DNA of 32,000 bases. It comes from Sinorhizobium meliloti. GTDB lineage: Bacteria > Pseudomonadota > Alphaproteobacteria > Rhizobiales > Rhizobiaceae. This document shows positions 1-8,622 of this stretch, piece after piece; position 1 is the stretch's first letter; the number at the start of each line of letters is the position of its first letter. The translations under genes were made by a program, and so were the position numbers. The notes under the pieces were generated by a model. That model made no database searches. It saw only the letters and a program-made list of their open reading frames with translations, and was not told the origin of the DNA. The stretch lies in the NCBI RefSeq assembly GCF_017876815.1, contig NZ_JAGIOS010000003.1, positions 1,410,001 to 1,442,000 on the forward strand, in the 5' to 3' direction.

Positions 1-11
1 ACATCATAAAG

Positions 12-1040
12 GTGCAGGAATCGTGGCAGAAGGTCGCCCTGGCGGGTGGTGATCCTCAGACCGTGTCCTATGCCACGCAGCATCGAAAGTATTTAGAATC
101 AAGCGTTTCGACAGCACAGACGGAAACGAGCGGCACTATCATACGCGCGGATTTTGGATCGAATTTCCGCATCAATTTAGCTACGTTGCAGGAGATGGTT
201 TTGGAGGGTCAGGAATTGCGCGAAATATCACGGACAGAGTTCGAGGCTTACGAAAAGAAGGTAGAGACGGCCTTGTTCAAGTTGGAGCGATCGGTCACGG
301 CAGACGATCGGGCGGACTTTGACGAAATAGCCAGCCTGGCCCGAGATTTCGTCAATCAGAAGCGTGAGCTGGTGGACCTTTACGAGCAGCGCAAAGAGGC
401 GTTGGCGGAACAAGGTGGCGAAGCGTGCAGCGAGCTGCGTGATCCGGCCAACGACCAGTGGGACGCTGCGATCGCCAAGCACGGCGAGGGTGTTGTCGAG
501 GCCGGCAACGAGGCAATGATAGAAATCGAGCACTACCGAGAGGGAAATGATAGGGTCGAGGCCGGCGAGTTTTCGGCCGACCGCAAGGAAGGAATGCAGG
601 CCGGGCTCAATCGAGCTCTGGAGCGGGCTGCGCTGTTGGCTATCGAGGGAAACAGTTACGTTCGGGACGTTGCCGAGCAGGATCCTGGTTTAAAACGGGC
701 CATCGAGCAGGAGGAGAACAAATCCGATCGCCCGGAGGAAGTGAAGGACAAGGCGGCCTCAAATGCTGAGACAGTCGACGACCAGCAACATGATCTGCGT
801 GCCCACGAAGAAGACCGGCAGCCAATTGACGGCGGCGCGCGAGCCGCTCACGAGCTGGCCTCCACCATCGATGCTACAAATCGCCTGCAAGATCGTCTAA
901 ATAAGGATAGGGAAGCCGTTCAACGCGGCGGAGAAACGACACGTACAGACCCTGCACAACAGCATATTCCTCGACTCGAGGAGCTTGAGCGGGAGCAGAT
1001 TGAACAGAGGGAACGCGACCGCGACGACCGGGATCGTTAA
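12..1040 (+). CDS. hypothetical acidic, coiled-coil-rich protein (possibly 5'-truncated at window edge)
   Basis: 342-codon ORF. The reported start at 12 is GTG, and the frame stays open back to nt 3, so the true start may lie upstream of the window. Very D/E/R/Q-rich, ending ...EQIEQRERDRDDRDR. No family recognised. Confidence 0.5.
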   Translation: MQESWQKVALAGGDPQTVSYATQHRKYLESSVSTAQTETSGTIIRADFGSNFRINLATLQEMVLEGQELREISRTEFEAYEKKVETALFKLERSVTADDRADFDEIASLARDFVNQKRELVDLYEQRKEALAEQGGEACSELRDPANDQWDAAIAKHGEGVVEAGNEAMIEIEHYREGNDRVEAGEFSADRKEGMQAGLNRALERAALLAIEGNSYVRDVAEQDPGLKRAIEQEENKSDRPEEVKDKAASNAETVDDQQHDLRAHEEDRQPIDGGARAAHELASTIDATNRLQDRLNKDREAVQRGGETTRTDPAQQHIPRLEELEREQIEQRERDRDDRDR

Positions 1041-1046
1041 AGGGAT

Positions 1047-1427
1047 ATGCTGAACGATAACCGCCAACAATACGTCATCCAGAGCAACGATCCCAAAGGC
1101 GACGAAGGGTTCGGGAAGTTCTTGGGTGTAATTATCGTGTTTGTGATGTTCTTGGGCGCCGTCCAGGTCGCCTATGACTCGGCTACGGCCTGGTATCGTG
1201 GCATGATCATCTGGCTAAATGCGATACCGCAACCTATCTTGCCGGCTTCTGGCCCTACTAAAGCTCACTTTTTTGAAGATCGGCGTCAAATCGCGCCGAT
1301 CTTATTCCCCGGAAATGCGTCATTGCCCGCAGATAAATGGATGGCGCAAGCACCCAAGTCTTCAGACATCGGGCTGAGCGACCAGAGTCAGTCCTTTGAC
1401 GTTCATCTCGGCCTTCAGAGTAGCTGA
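1047..1427 (+). CDS. hypothetical small membrane protein
   Basis: 126-aa ORF starting 7 nt after the preceding stop, with AGGGA just upstream of the ATG. One clear hydrophobic helix (FLGVIIVFVMFLGAVQVAY). No family recognised. Confidence 0.4.
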   Translation: MLNDNRQQYVIQSNDPKGDEGFGKFLGVIIVFVMFLGAVQVAYDSATAWYRGMIIWLNAIPQPILPASGPTKAHFFEDRRQIAPILFPGNASLPADKWMAQAPKSSDIGLSDQSQSFDVHLGLQSS

Positions 1428-1560
1428 ATCGCGCACCGGCTCGCTCAACATCTCCGTTTGGGCGACAAAGCGGACGTCCTTGGGATACTCTTGAGTGGCC
1501 AGCTCCGACCTTTCGTCTCCACATCGACCGAAAATTCTGCAATACCCTGATCATGCTCGC

Positions 1561-1782
1561 TCAATCAGCCCGTGTGGTCCGGGGTTGCGCAGGCAACTGT
1601 TGCCTTGCTGCTGGCGTGGCCGCAAGCGCGCGAAGCCGGGCGGCTTGCACCGGATCGCCATAGAAGCGGACGAGTCCGAGTTCCTCGGCACGCTCCCAGC
1701 TCAGGCGATGCGACACGATCTCTTCCAGCGCCGCCTCGGCGGTGACGACAACAAGGTCACCCCGCTGTGGGCCTTTCACGTG
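1561..1782 (-). pseudogene. 3' fragment of a secreted-protein gene split by the IS21 insertion
   Basis: Reading frame abuts the IS end. Deleting 1790-4394 joins it in frame to the 5' fragment at 4388-4771. The 'GTG start' at 1779 in the ORF track is an artefact of the truncation. Confidence 0.75.
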
Positions 1783-1789
1783 AGTTGAT
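1783..1789. repeat. target-site duplication AGTTGAT (copy 1)
   Basis: Identical 7-mer directly flanks both IS termini (1783-1789 and 4388-4394). Confidence 0.85.
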
Positions 1790-1870
1790 TGCCGATTCCG
1801 ATGAAGCCGCCCCTTTGTTCCGAGATGATTGCGCCCCCGGTTTCCGGGATGATCTCGCCCCCTGTTTAGT
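1790..1870. repeat. IS21 right terminal inverted repeat with about 3 internal repeat units
   Basis: TGCCGATTCCGATGAAGCCGCCCC / TTTGTTCCGAGATGATTGCGCCCCC / GGTTTCCGGGATGATCTCGCCCCC. These mirror the units at 4284-4387. Confidence 0.8.
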
Positions 1871-1915
1871 GGGGTCTGCAGGCGATGATTGTTGTCAGTT
1901 CATTCAGGCGAGGTG

Positions 1916-2653
1916 TCAAGCTTTGCGCGGTAGATTTCGGCGCAGACTATCGCCGCTCAATTCGATGCGGTGGGCATTGTGGACCAACCTGTCGAGTATG
2001 GCATCGGCGTAGGTTGGGTCGCCAATGACGCCGTGCCATGCGGACACGGGAAGTTGGCTGGTAATGATCGTTGATTTGCGTCCATAGCGATCTTCGAGGA
2101 TTTCCAGCAGGTCGTGGCGGGCCTGTTCGTTGAGCGGCTCGAGCCCCCAATCATCCAGTATCAGGAGCTGAACATGGCCCAAGGTTCGTTGCAGGCGGGC
2201 GTAGCGGCCATCACCACGCGCGAGCGCAAGCTGGGCAAACAGCCTTGGGACACGCTGATAGAGAACTGAGCGATCGTCTCGGCAAGCCTTGTGGCCGAGA
2301 GCGCAAGCCAACCAACTCTTTCCGACACCCGAGGGTCCGCAAATGGCCAGATTGTCATGGGCGTTGATCCAGTCGCCACCGAGCAGCTTCATGAAGAGAG
2401 CACGGTCGAGGCCGCGGTCGGCGCGATAGTCGACATCTTCTGGGGTGGCCTGGTGGCGAAGCTTGGCAAACCTGAGGCGTGCCGCAAGCTTCCGATCGTA
2501 ACGGGAGCTCCACTCCCGTTCGAGCAGCAGTCCGAGCCATTCGGCGTGCGAGAGATGTTCGGCTTCGCCGTTGGCAACAAGTTCGCCAAAGGCCTTTGCC
2601 ATGCCGGCCAGGCCCATGGCATTCAATTTATCCAGTGTTGGATGGGCAAGCAT
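1916..2653 (-). CDS. istB: IS21-family helper ATPase IstB
   Basis: 245 aa. Walker A is GPSGVGKSW and Walker B is LLILDDWG. Typical IstB N-terminus (LDKL..MGL.GMA.AF). Lies 12 nt downstream of istA. Confidence 0.95.
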   Translation of the reverse strand: MLAHPTLDKLNAMGLAGMAKAFGELVANGEAEHLSHAEWLGLLLEREWSSRYDRKLAARLRFAKLRHQATPEDVDYRADRGLDRALFMKLLGGDWINAHDNLAICGPSGVGKSWLACALGHKACRDDRSVLYQRVPRLFAQLALARGDGRYARLQRTLGHVQLLILDDWGLEPLNEQARHDLLEILEDRYGRKSTIITSQLPVSAWHGVIGDPTYADAILDRLVHNAHRIELSGDSLRRNLPRKA

Positions 2654-2665
2654 CTTTCGTTCTCC

Positions 2666-4216
2666 TTAGTGGTAATAGCGAGGTCCGCGGATGTTGGCGT
2701 GATGGATCGGTTCATGCGGCGCCGCTCCATTTGAGGCAGCCGTCCGGTCAAGGTGATTGTCGAGGATGGATCGCACCGAGCCATAGGTTCGTGCGCCAAT
2801 CTCCAACGCACGGCCGCAAGCGGCATTGACCCTGTCGCGGCCGAAGCTCTTGTTGAGGCGGATGATGCCGAGGCAAGCTCGAAAGCCCTGCTCGGGATGA
2901 GGCCTGTCGGCAAGAATGCGCTCGCACAACAGCGCAACATCCGGCCCCATCGCAGAGGCTTCGCGTTGAATCCGTTCAATCGTCCAGTCGGCAAAGCGGC
3001 GATGCGCAGAGGGCATATGATCGGGGATCGTCGTGTGCTTGCCGTTGCCGCTGGAGCGCCGGTGAGCGGCAATTCGCTCGCCCTTGTGGAAGATCTCGAT
3101 CGTATTGGCGGTGATACGAGCCTCGACCTGCTCGCGGGCAAAGCGATAGGGAACGGAATAATAGTGCCGCTCGATCTCGACGTGATAATCCAGCCCGGCG
3201 CGCCGGATACGCCATTCGGCAAAGACATAACGTTCGACAGGCAGCGGTCGCAAAGCCGGACGATCAAGCTCCTCGAACAATTGGCGGCGCGTGGCGCCGA
3301 CACGGCGCAGAACGCGCTTATCATTGAGATCATGGAGCAATTGGCCAATCGCCGCATTGACCTCGGCCAAACTATAGAAGATGCGATGGCGCAGCCGGCC
3401 CAACAGCCAACGTTCGACGATACGAACCGCAGCTTCCACTTTCGCCTTGTCCCGCGGGCGTCGCGGCCGCGTCGGCAAGACGGCGCTGCCATAATGGGCC
3501 GCCATCCCGCAATACGTCCGGTTGACCTGGGGATCGAAGTGGCAGGCCTTGATGATCGCTACCTTGGCATTGTCGGGAACCAGCAAGGCTGGCGCACCGC
3601 CAAAGAACTCCAGCGCCAGGATATGGCATTCAATCCAGTCGGGAAGCGTCTCGCTCCAACGTGCCTGCGCATATGAAAGGCTGGATGCTCCCAGAACCGC
3701 CACGAACAGGTGCGCCTGCCGTGTCTTGCCGGACAGCCGATCAACGACAACCGTGACCGTGTCGCCGGCGTAGTCGACGAACAGCTTGTCGCCGGCCGCG
3801 TGATCCTGCCGCATCGTCACAGGCAACTTCATCGCCCAGCCGCGGTAGAGGTCACAGAAGCGACTGTAGCGATAGCCCTCCGGATAACGGCTGATGTATT
3901 CGTCCCAAAGGATCTGCAGCGTCATATGCTTGCGCTTCAGCTCGCGGTGGACCTGCGCCCAGTCCGGCTCAGGGCTCCGACGATGACCCGTCTTCGTCCC
4001 GGCTGCCTTGTAAAGCGCCGCTTCCAGGACTGCATCGCTGATGTCGTCACCCAACGGCCACGATAGCTCCGCAATGGCCGCACGCCGAAGCGTCTCGCGC
4101 ACCGTCGATGGCGCAGCTCCAACCCGAACCGCGATCGACTTGTGGCCAAGTCCTTGTTCGAAGCGATATCTCAATATCTCGCGGACACGCCGCATCTCCA
4201 GTCTCTCCGCAGGCAT
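2666..4216 (-). CDS. istA: IS21-family transposase IstA
   Basis: 516 aa. N-terminal HTH (MRRVREILRYRFEQGLGHKSIA), then a DDE integrase core (..LFVDYAGDT.., ..VPDNAKVAI..). Confidence 0.95.
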   Translation of the reverse strand: MPAERLEMRRVREILRYRFEQGLGHKSIAVRVGAAPSTVRETLRRAAIAELSWPLGDDISDAVLEAALYKAAGTKTGHRRSPEPDWAQVHRELKRKHMTLQILWDEYISRYPEGYRYSRFCDLYRGWAMKLPVTMRQDHAAGDKLFVDYAGDTVTVVVDRLSGKTRQAHLFVAVLGASSLSYAQARWSETLPDWIECHILALEFFGGAPALLVPDNAKVAIIKACHFDPQVNRTYCGMAAHYGSAVLPTRPRRPRDKAKVEAAVRIVERWLLGRLRHRIFYSLAEVNAAIGQLLHDLNDKRVLRRVGATRRQLFEELDRPALRPLPVERYVFAEWRIRRAGLDYHVEIERHYYSVPYRFAREQVEARITANTIEIFHKGERIAAHRRSSGNGKHTTIPDHMPSAHRRFADWTIERIQREASAMGPDVALLCERILADRPHPEQGFRACLGIIRLNKSFGRDRVNAACGRALEIGARTYGSVRSILDNHLDRTAASNGAAPHEPIHHANIRGPRYYH

Positions 4217-4283
4217 CCCGTTCCTTCCTCGTCACGTCGAAGGAAGAAACTTCACACCAGCAGAACACCCACGCCAGATGCTT

Positions 4284-4387
4284 TCCGATGGGGGCGGCAT
4301 CATCTCGGAATCAGGGGGCGACTATTTCTCGGAATTGGGGGGCGAGATCATTTCGGAATCAGGGGGCGGATTGCCTCGGAATTTGCA
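4284..4387. repeat. IS21 left terminal inverted repeat with about 4 internal repeat units
   Basis: TCGGAAT(CA/TG)GGGGGCG at 4305-4320, 4329-4344 and 4353-4368. Terminal TCGGAATTTGCA at 4376-4387. Confidence 0.8.
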
Positions 4388-4394
4388 AGTTGAT
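4388..4394. repeat. target-site duplication AGTTGAT (copy 2)
   Basis: Identical to 1783-1789 and immediately outside the IS terminus. Confidence 0.85.
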
Positions 4395-4771
4395 ACGCCG
4401 ACTGTCCCTTCGCCGACCGCGTAGCGGCTCCACAACATGGGCTCGATCAAGACCAGCGTAAAGGCGAATTCGTCGGTATCGCCGGGCTGCAGTTCCGAGC
4501 CAAACTGATTGAGCCTGTTTGCTGCGCTCCGAAAGCCCGAGCCGAACAGATCCTTTTTCCTTGTTGCGGCGGGGGGCTCAATGGTGCGGTCGAGGATCGC
4601 CTGTGTGACGGCACCCTGCACGTAAAGCGCATTCGGGTACGACCAGTTGAGAACGCCACGCTGAAAAGTCGCGGAGTTCGGGTCCTCGTAGCCACATGCC
4701 TGCGCAACCGGAGGAGCCAGAAGAAGCGCGACCAAGCCTGTGGCGCGAAGCGTGCCTCGGGGCGCGTTCAT
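4388..4771 (-). pseudogene. 5' fragment of the secreted-protein gene split by IS21
   Basis: ATG at 4771 overlaps the upstream gene's TGA (ATGA). Signal-peptide-like N-terminus MNAPRGTLRATGLVALLLAPPVAQA. The frame runs into the IS at 4387. Confidence 0.75.
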
Positions 4772-5790
4772 GACACCAACCCCGTGGTACGGTCGATCAA
4801 CCAATAGGCGGCCATCGCGCCGATTGCGTAGGCAGCGAGCACGCCGAGCCGCGCTGACGCCACTCGCACACCTCCAGGCTCCAGGATTTGCGATGCTGTC
4901 CACTGCATCATCCAGGCGAGCGTCATCACGACTGCCACGAAGGCCAGTTGCCCGACCTCAACGCCCAGGTTGAAGAACAGGAGCGCGATCGGAATCGCAT
5001 GCTGCGGCAGTCCGACTTCGGCGAGTGCGCCGGCGAAACCCAAGCCGTGCAACAGTCCAAAGGTGAACGCCACGAGCCAAGGTAGGCGGGCTGTGAGACT
5101 CGGTTGCCCTCTCCGGGCGTTGACGATTTCGGCAGCGACGAAAACGATCGAGAGCGCGATCGCCGCCTCGACAGGCGGCCCCGGCACATGCACGAGACCG
5201 AGTGTGGCGGCTGCGAGCGTGATGCTGTGCGCTATCGTAAAAGCCGTCACGGTGATGGCCACGCGCCGCCATTCACGCACCAAGATGACCAGCGCCAGCA
5301 CGAAGAGCAGATGGTCGAAGCCGAACAAAATGTGCTCGACGCCGAGGCTCAGATACGTGAGAGCCACTTTGCCGGTGCCCGGCGCTGCCTCGATCGTGAA
5401 GGACGTTCGCGCCGGTGTGAGTCGTTCGGTTTGGGTCGTCCCGGCAAGGTCCTCGACGCGCACGAGCACGTCGGTCAACGTCGCCGACAGGCCATCGATC
5501 GAGATTGGCTGGCCGGTTAGTCCTCCTGGTCGCCGGATGGTACGCCGCTCGACATGCGCGCCGCCCGCAAAGACGGCTCGTGGGGCGCCGACATCCTGCG
5601 TGCCCGCCGGTAAGCTCAGATAGAGCCCAAGCCTCAGTTCCTCGCCGAGCGCCGGAACCTTGAAGAGCACATCGTAAGTATCGGAGGCGGTCTGGCGCAG
5701 TTCCAGATAACCTGGGCGCACCTCGTGCGCCTGGACGGCGGATGAGAACATCACCGCAAGAAGGCCGACGAGGAACAGAGCGCGCCTCAC
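4768..5790 (-). CDS. HupE/UreJ_2-type membrane protein with N-terminal periplasmic extension
   Basis: 340 aa. Signal peptide ends ..AVQA|HEVRPG, followed by a soluble part of about 150 aa. C-terminal polytopic region has HupE/UreJ-like motifs (GVEHILFGFDHLLFVLAL, FTIAHSITL, FGLLHGLGFAG). GTG start overlaps the upstream stop (GTGA). Confidence 0.8.
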   Translation of the reverse strand: MRRALFLVGLLAVMFSSAVQAHEVRPGYLELRQTASDTYDVLFKVPALGEELRLGLYLSLPAGTQDVGAPRAVFAGGAHVERRTIRRPGGLTGQPISIDGLSATLTDVLVRVEDLAGTTQTERLTPARTSFTIEAAPGTGKVALTYLSLGVEHILFGFDHLLFVLALVILVREWRRVAITVTAFTIAHSITLAAATLGLVHVPGPPVEAAIALSIVFVAAEIVNARRGQPSLTARLPWLVAFTFGLLHGLGFAGALAEVGLPQHAIPIALLFFNLGVEVGQLAFVAVVMTLAWMMQWTASQILEPGGVRVASARLGVLAAYAIGAMAAYWLIDRTTGLVS

Positions 5791-6656
5791 TGCACCGCTC
5801 CAGCCGCATCGGCCCGCGCCTCGCGTTTGGCCGGCGGCGTTTCCACCACGACGTCGTAGCGGCCGCGGAGTGCGCGATAGAACTCATCCAGCTTTTCGAC
5901 GCGACGGGCGTTCGCCCATTCCCGCGCAACCGCCTCGCGGACCGCGGCGAGCTTCGGCAGACCACCCTCGGATCGTTCGCTTACGAACACGAAATGTAGA
6001 CCGAAGGCGGAGGCAAAGGGACCCTGCCAACTATTCGTGTCGGAGGAAAACAACTCCTCGGCAAAGCTTTCGCCAAAGTCGTTGACGACCTCACTTCGCC
6101 GCACAGCATTGAATTCGCTGCCCAGCAGCAAACCGTCGCCGAGCGAGGCCCCTTCCGTCCCGTTTGCATGGGAGAGCGCTGCGGCAATCTCCTGGACATC
6201 CGCGTCCAGCGTCTCTCCTCTTTTCGAGCTCAGGAAGACCTGGCGGAACGACACGCTCTGCTCCATCCGGAACTGTTCCGGATGCGCGGCGAGATAGGCG
6301 TTGAGTTCGCTGTCGGTCGGTTCGGCAGCCGCGATGTCCTCGGCAAAGAATTCCATCTTCTGCCGGATGCGGCGGCGAATGACGATATCGTCCCGATCGA
6401 GTTCGAGTGCCTTGCCCTCGCGATAGTACACTTCGTCGCGGACATAGTCTTCGACGAGACCCTTGAGCTCTTCGGGCGCCGGCTGGCGCTGCCACGTGCG
6501 GGCAAACGTTTGCTCCAGATTGGCGATTTGCGCGGCGGAAACAACGATCTTCTGCGGCACCTTAGTTTCCGTGCCGACGAAGACAGCATTGAGGCCGAAC
6601 AAGGCAGCGCCCAGGATCAGGAAATGCAGCAGCGGCTCCCGGAGCAAGCGCATCAT
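5787..6656 (-). CDS. PpiC/rotamase-like (peptidyl-prolyl isomerase family) membrane-anchored protein
   Basis: 289 aa. N-terminal TM helix (LLHFLILGAALFGL), then a SurA/PpiC-like region (..QVFLS.., ..WQGPFASAFGLHFVFV..). ATGA overlap with the DUF3604 stop. Confidence 0.65.
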   Translation of the reverse strand: MMRLLREPLLHFLILGAALFGLNAVFVGTETKVPQKIVVSAAQIANLEQTFARTWQRQPAPEELKGLVEDYVRDEVYYREGKALELDRDDIVIRRRIRQKMEFFAEDIAAAEPTDSELNAYLAAHPEQFRMEQSVSFRQVFLSSKRGETLDADVQEIAAALSHANGTEGASLGDGLLLGSEFNAVRRSEVVNDFGESFAEELFSSDTNSWQGPFASAFGLHFVFVSERSEGGLPKLAAVREAVAREWANARRVEKLDEFYRALRGRYDVVVETPPAKREARADAAGAVQ

Positions 6657-8554
6657 GGCGTGTACCAGATGGGCGAGGTATAGGCCCGCTCCTGAGTGGA
6701 CATGGGAACGTCAGGCGACATCTTAACCCCGAACCGCTGCGCTTCGTAGGCGGTCCATCGCGGTGTCGGTATTTCTATCACGCGGGCATAATAGAAGGCG
6801 GGTTCTGCTGGATCGAAGTCCGGATCGCTCCACACGCCCTCGAGCTCGGGAGAACCGATCGTGTTCTTCCACGTCGCGTTCACCACATCGACGGTGTCGC
6901 CGACTGGGGGCAGCTTGCCCTCGTCACCGGGCTTCCGATCCCCGCTCCACACAACATCGTAGACTTTTTCTTGGGTCTTGCCGTCTTCGCCAAGCCAACC
7001 CTTTACGATCTGGATCCGGTCCAGGTTGCCGCTCAGTGGGTCCTTCATTGCTGCGACCAAGAAGGAGGGTGGCTTGCCCGTAGTACGCTTGGGTAGATCA
7101 CCTCCCATCGGAACGCCCTTGGCGTAGCCGGCAGTCGCCGGAAGACGCGACAGAGCGTCGTCCTCGTTGAATTCCCATCCACCGAAGAAACGCACCGTCA
7201 TTCGGGAGCCGGTCGTGGCGTAGGTTTCCTTGCGCTTCATGGCGTCGAAAATCGCTTCACGCGTGTTGTCGGTGGCCCAGACCCCCGCATATCCTCCAGC
7301 GGCTTGCTGCCACCCCTTGATGGTGAACTTTGGGTCCGGCGCCTCAATGACGACGTGTTCCCACCGATGAGGCTCGGGCTCGACGCCCGAGTGCTTGCCG
7401 AAGAAATTCTCCTCCTCGACGGCAGCCAGGGCGGTATGGGCATCTGTGCTGCCGACCATACCGAACTTGTAGGGGTTCACACCGAGCTTCTTCTCCAGCA
7501 TCAGCCCGTTCTTGAGGGCTTCGCGGGCGTATTCCCATTGCAGCATATCAGGCGTCTTCGCCTCGGTGCCGTTGAGGTTGGACTTGTCCCATTTCTCATA
7601 ATTGGCGAATTCGTCGTTCGGCGAGAGCATGGGGTGCGCTTCTCCGTCGCCCTTGATCTGGGTGACTTCCACAAGCGGTTCGAACCTGACGCGCATCGCT
7701 GCCAGCTCTGCAGTCAGAGGCTTGCCCTCGAAGGTCTCAACCGTGAACATGCGCCCGTTGCTCAGATTGCCATTGTGAGGAATGGCCAACACGTCGGCTC
7801 CGGTCTCATTCTCGAAATCGGCGAGGTGGTTCCAGAGGTCCTCCGGGTTCTTGCTGTCAAACTGTGAGAAGGGAACAGTTCGGTTGGCCACGGTCGAATC
7901 CCCGCGGAAGATCACGTTCCGATGCAGGTTGTAACCGCCGATCGCGGTCCATTCGTAGCCGATAAGGGCCGTAAACCGCCCCGGCTCGTTGTATTTGTCG
8001 GCCAGGGCCGTGTAGGCCTGCCATGCGTTCTGCACGGCTCTGTCGCTCTTGATGGGAGGCACATCGCCTGAAAGCGAACCGACGATTTCCATCGCGGTCG
8101 CGAACACCGCCTCGTTGTTGCCACTCGTCAGTGTGTCGTACCAACGCTTGCCGGCCTCGGTGGAGAGGATTTCCGGATCACCGCTGAGCAACTGCGGCAT
8201 GAGGCCGTACATCTCGGCGTGGTCCGAGATCACAAGGAAATCGAGTGGCCGGGAGAGTTTCGCGCGCAGTCCATGGGTGGTTGTGATCTCTTCCCCGCGT
8301 GCGAAACGATACGCATCCTCCTGGCCGATCCTGCACATCGTGCCCGCATCGACAGAGACGGCAGTGTGCAGATGCGTATCGCCGAAGTAGACGCGAGTCG
8401 GGAAGTTTCGGCCGGCGTAAGGTGAAAACTGCGTCTTGGCTATGTCCGCAACGCCCTCCTTCGTGGGTAATTGATCAGCCCAAGCCGCTGTTGCCACGAA
8501 GCAGCCAGCAAGCAGTACGACCCGGCGAAGGGTCGGAGACGTAACGGACATCAT
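6653..8554 (-). CDS. DUF3604-family metal-dependent protein (intact copy)
   Basis: Signal peptide MMSVTSPTLRRVVLLAGCFVATAAWA, PHP-like motif GDTHLHTAVSVDAG, conserved C-terminus ..ERAYTSPIWYTP. GGAGGAG precedes the ATG ATG at 8554/8551. The longer ORF-track start at 8626 is rejected. Confidence 0.85.
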   Translation of the reverse strand: MMSVTSPTLRRVVLLAGCFVATAAWADQLPTKEGVADIAKTQFSPYAGRNFPTRVYFGDTHLHTAVSVDAGTMCRIGQEDAYRFARGEEITTTHGLRAKLSRPLDFLVISDHAEMYGLMPQLLSGDPEILSTEAGKRWYDTLTSGNNEAVFATAMEIVGSLSGDVPPIKSDRAVQNAWQAYTALADKYNEPGRFTALIGYEWTAIGGYNLHRNVIFRGDSTVANRTVPFSQFDSKNPEDLWNHLADFENETGADVLAIPHNGNLSNGRMFTVETFEGKPLTAELAAMRVRFEPLVEVTQIKGDGEAHPMLSPNDEFANYEKWDKSNLNGTEAKTPDMLQWEYAREALKNGLMLEKKLGVNPYKFGMVGSTDAHTALAAVEEENFFGKHSGVEPEPHRWEHVVIEAPDPKFTIKGWQQAAGGYAGVWATDNTREAIFDAMKRKETYATTGSRMTVRFFGGWEFNEDDALSRLPATAGYAKGVPMGGDLPKRTTGKPPSFLVAAMKDPLSGNLDRIQIVKGWLGEDGKTQEKVYDVVWSGDRKPGDEGKLPPVGDTVDVVNATWKNTIGSPELEGVWSDPDFDPAEPAFYYARVIEIPTPRWTAYEAQRFGVKMSPDVPMSTQERAYTSPIWYTP

Positions 8555-8622
8555 GCACTCCTCCGTTATTTTGGCGACCACGTGGCCATCCGAGCGGGCG
8601 CGTAAGAGGTTCCGGGAGCGCC

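Larger units (their letters stand above)
1790..4387 (-). mobile_element. IS21-family insertion sequence (istA-istB), 2,598 bp
   Basis: Termini are 5'-TGCCGATTCCGA... at 1790 and the reverse complement 5'-TGCAAATTCCGA... at 4387. Both ends carry iterated CGCCCC(C)-N-TTCCGA repeats. Contains istA and istB in the canonical order and is flanked by a 7-bp direct repeat. Confidence 0.92.

Noticed and set aside
2753-3676. 307-aa + strand ORF and the 289-aa ORF at 2623-3492 inside the IS
   Set aside because: These overlap istA on the opposite strand or in another frame. istA explains the region and they contain no independent motifs.
4041-4461. Several + strand ORFs with repetitive peptides (..GIRGRLFLGIGGRDHFGIRGR.., ..ISESGGDYFSELGGEIISESGG..)
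   Set aside because: The peptide repeats are simply translations of the iterated IS21 terminal repeat units, not a repeat protein.
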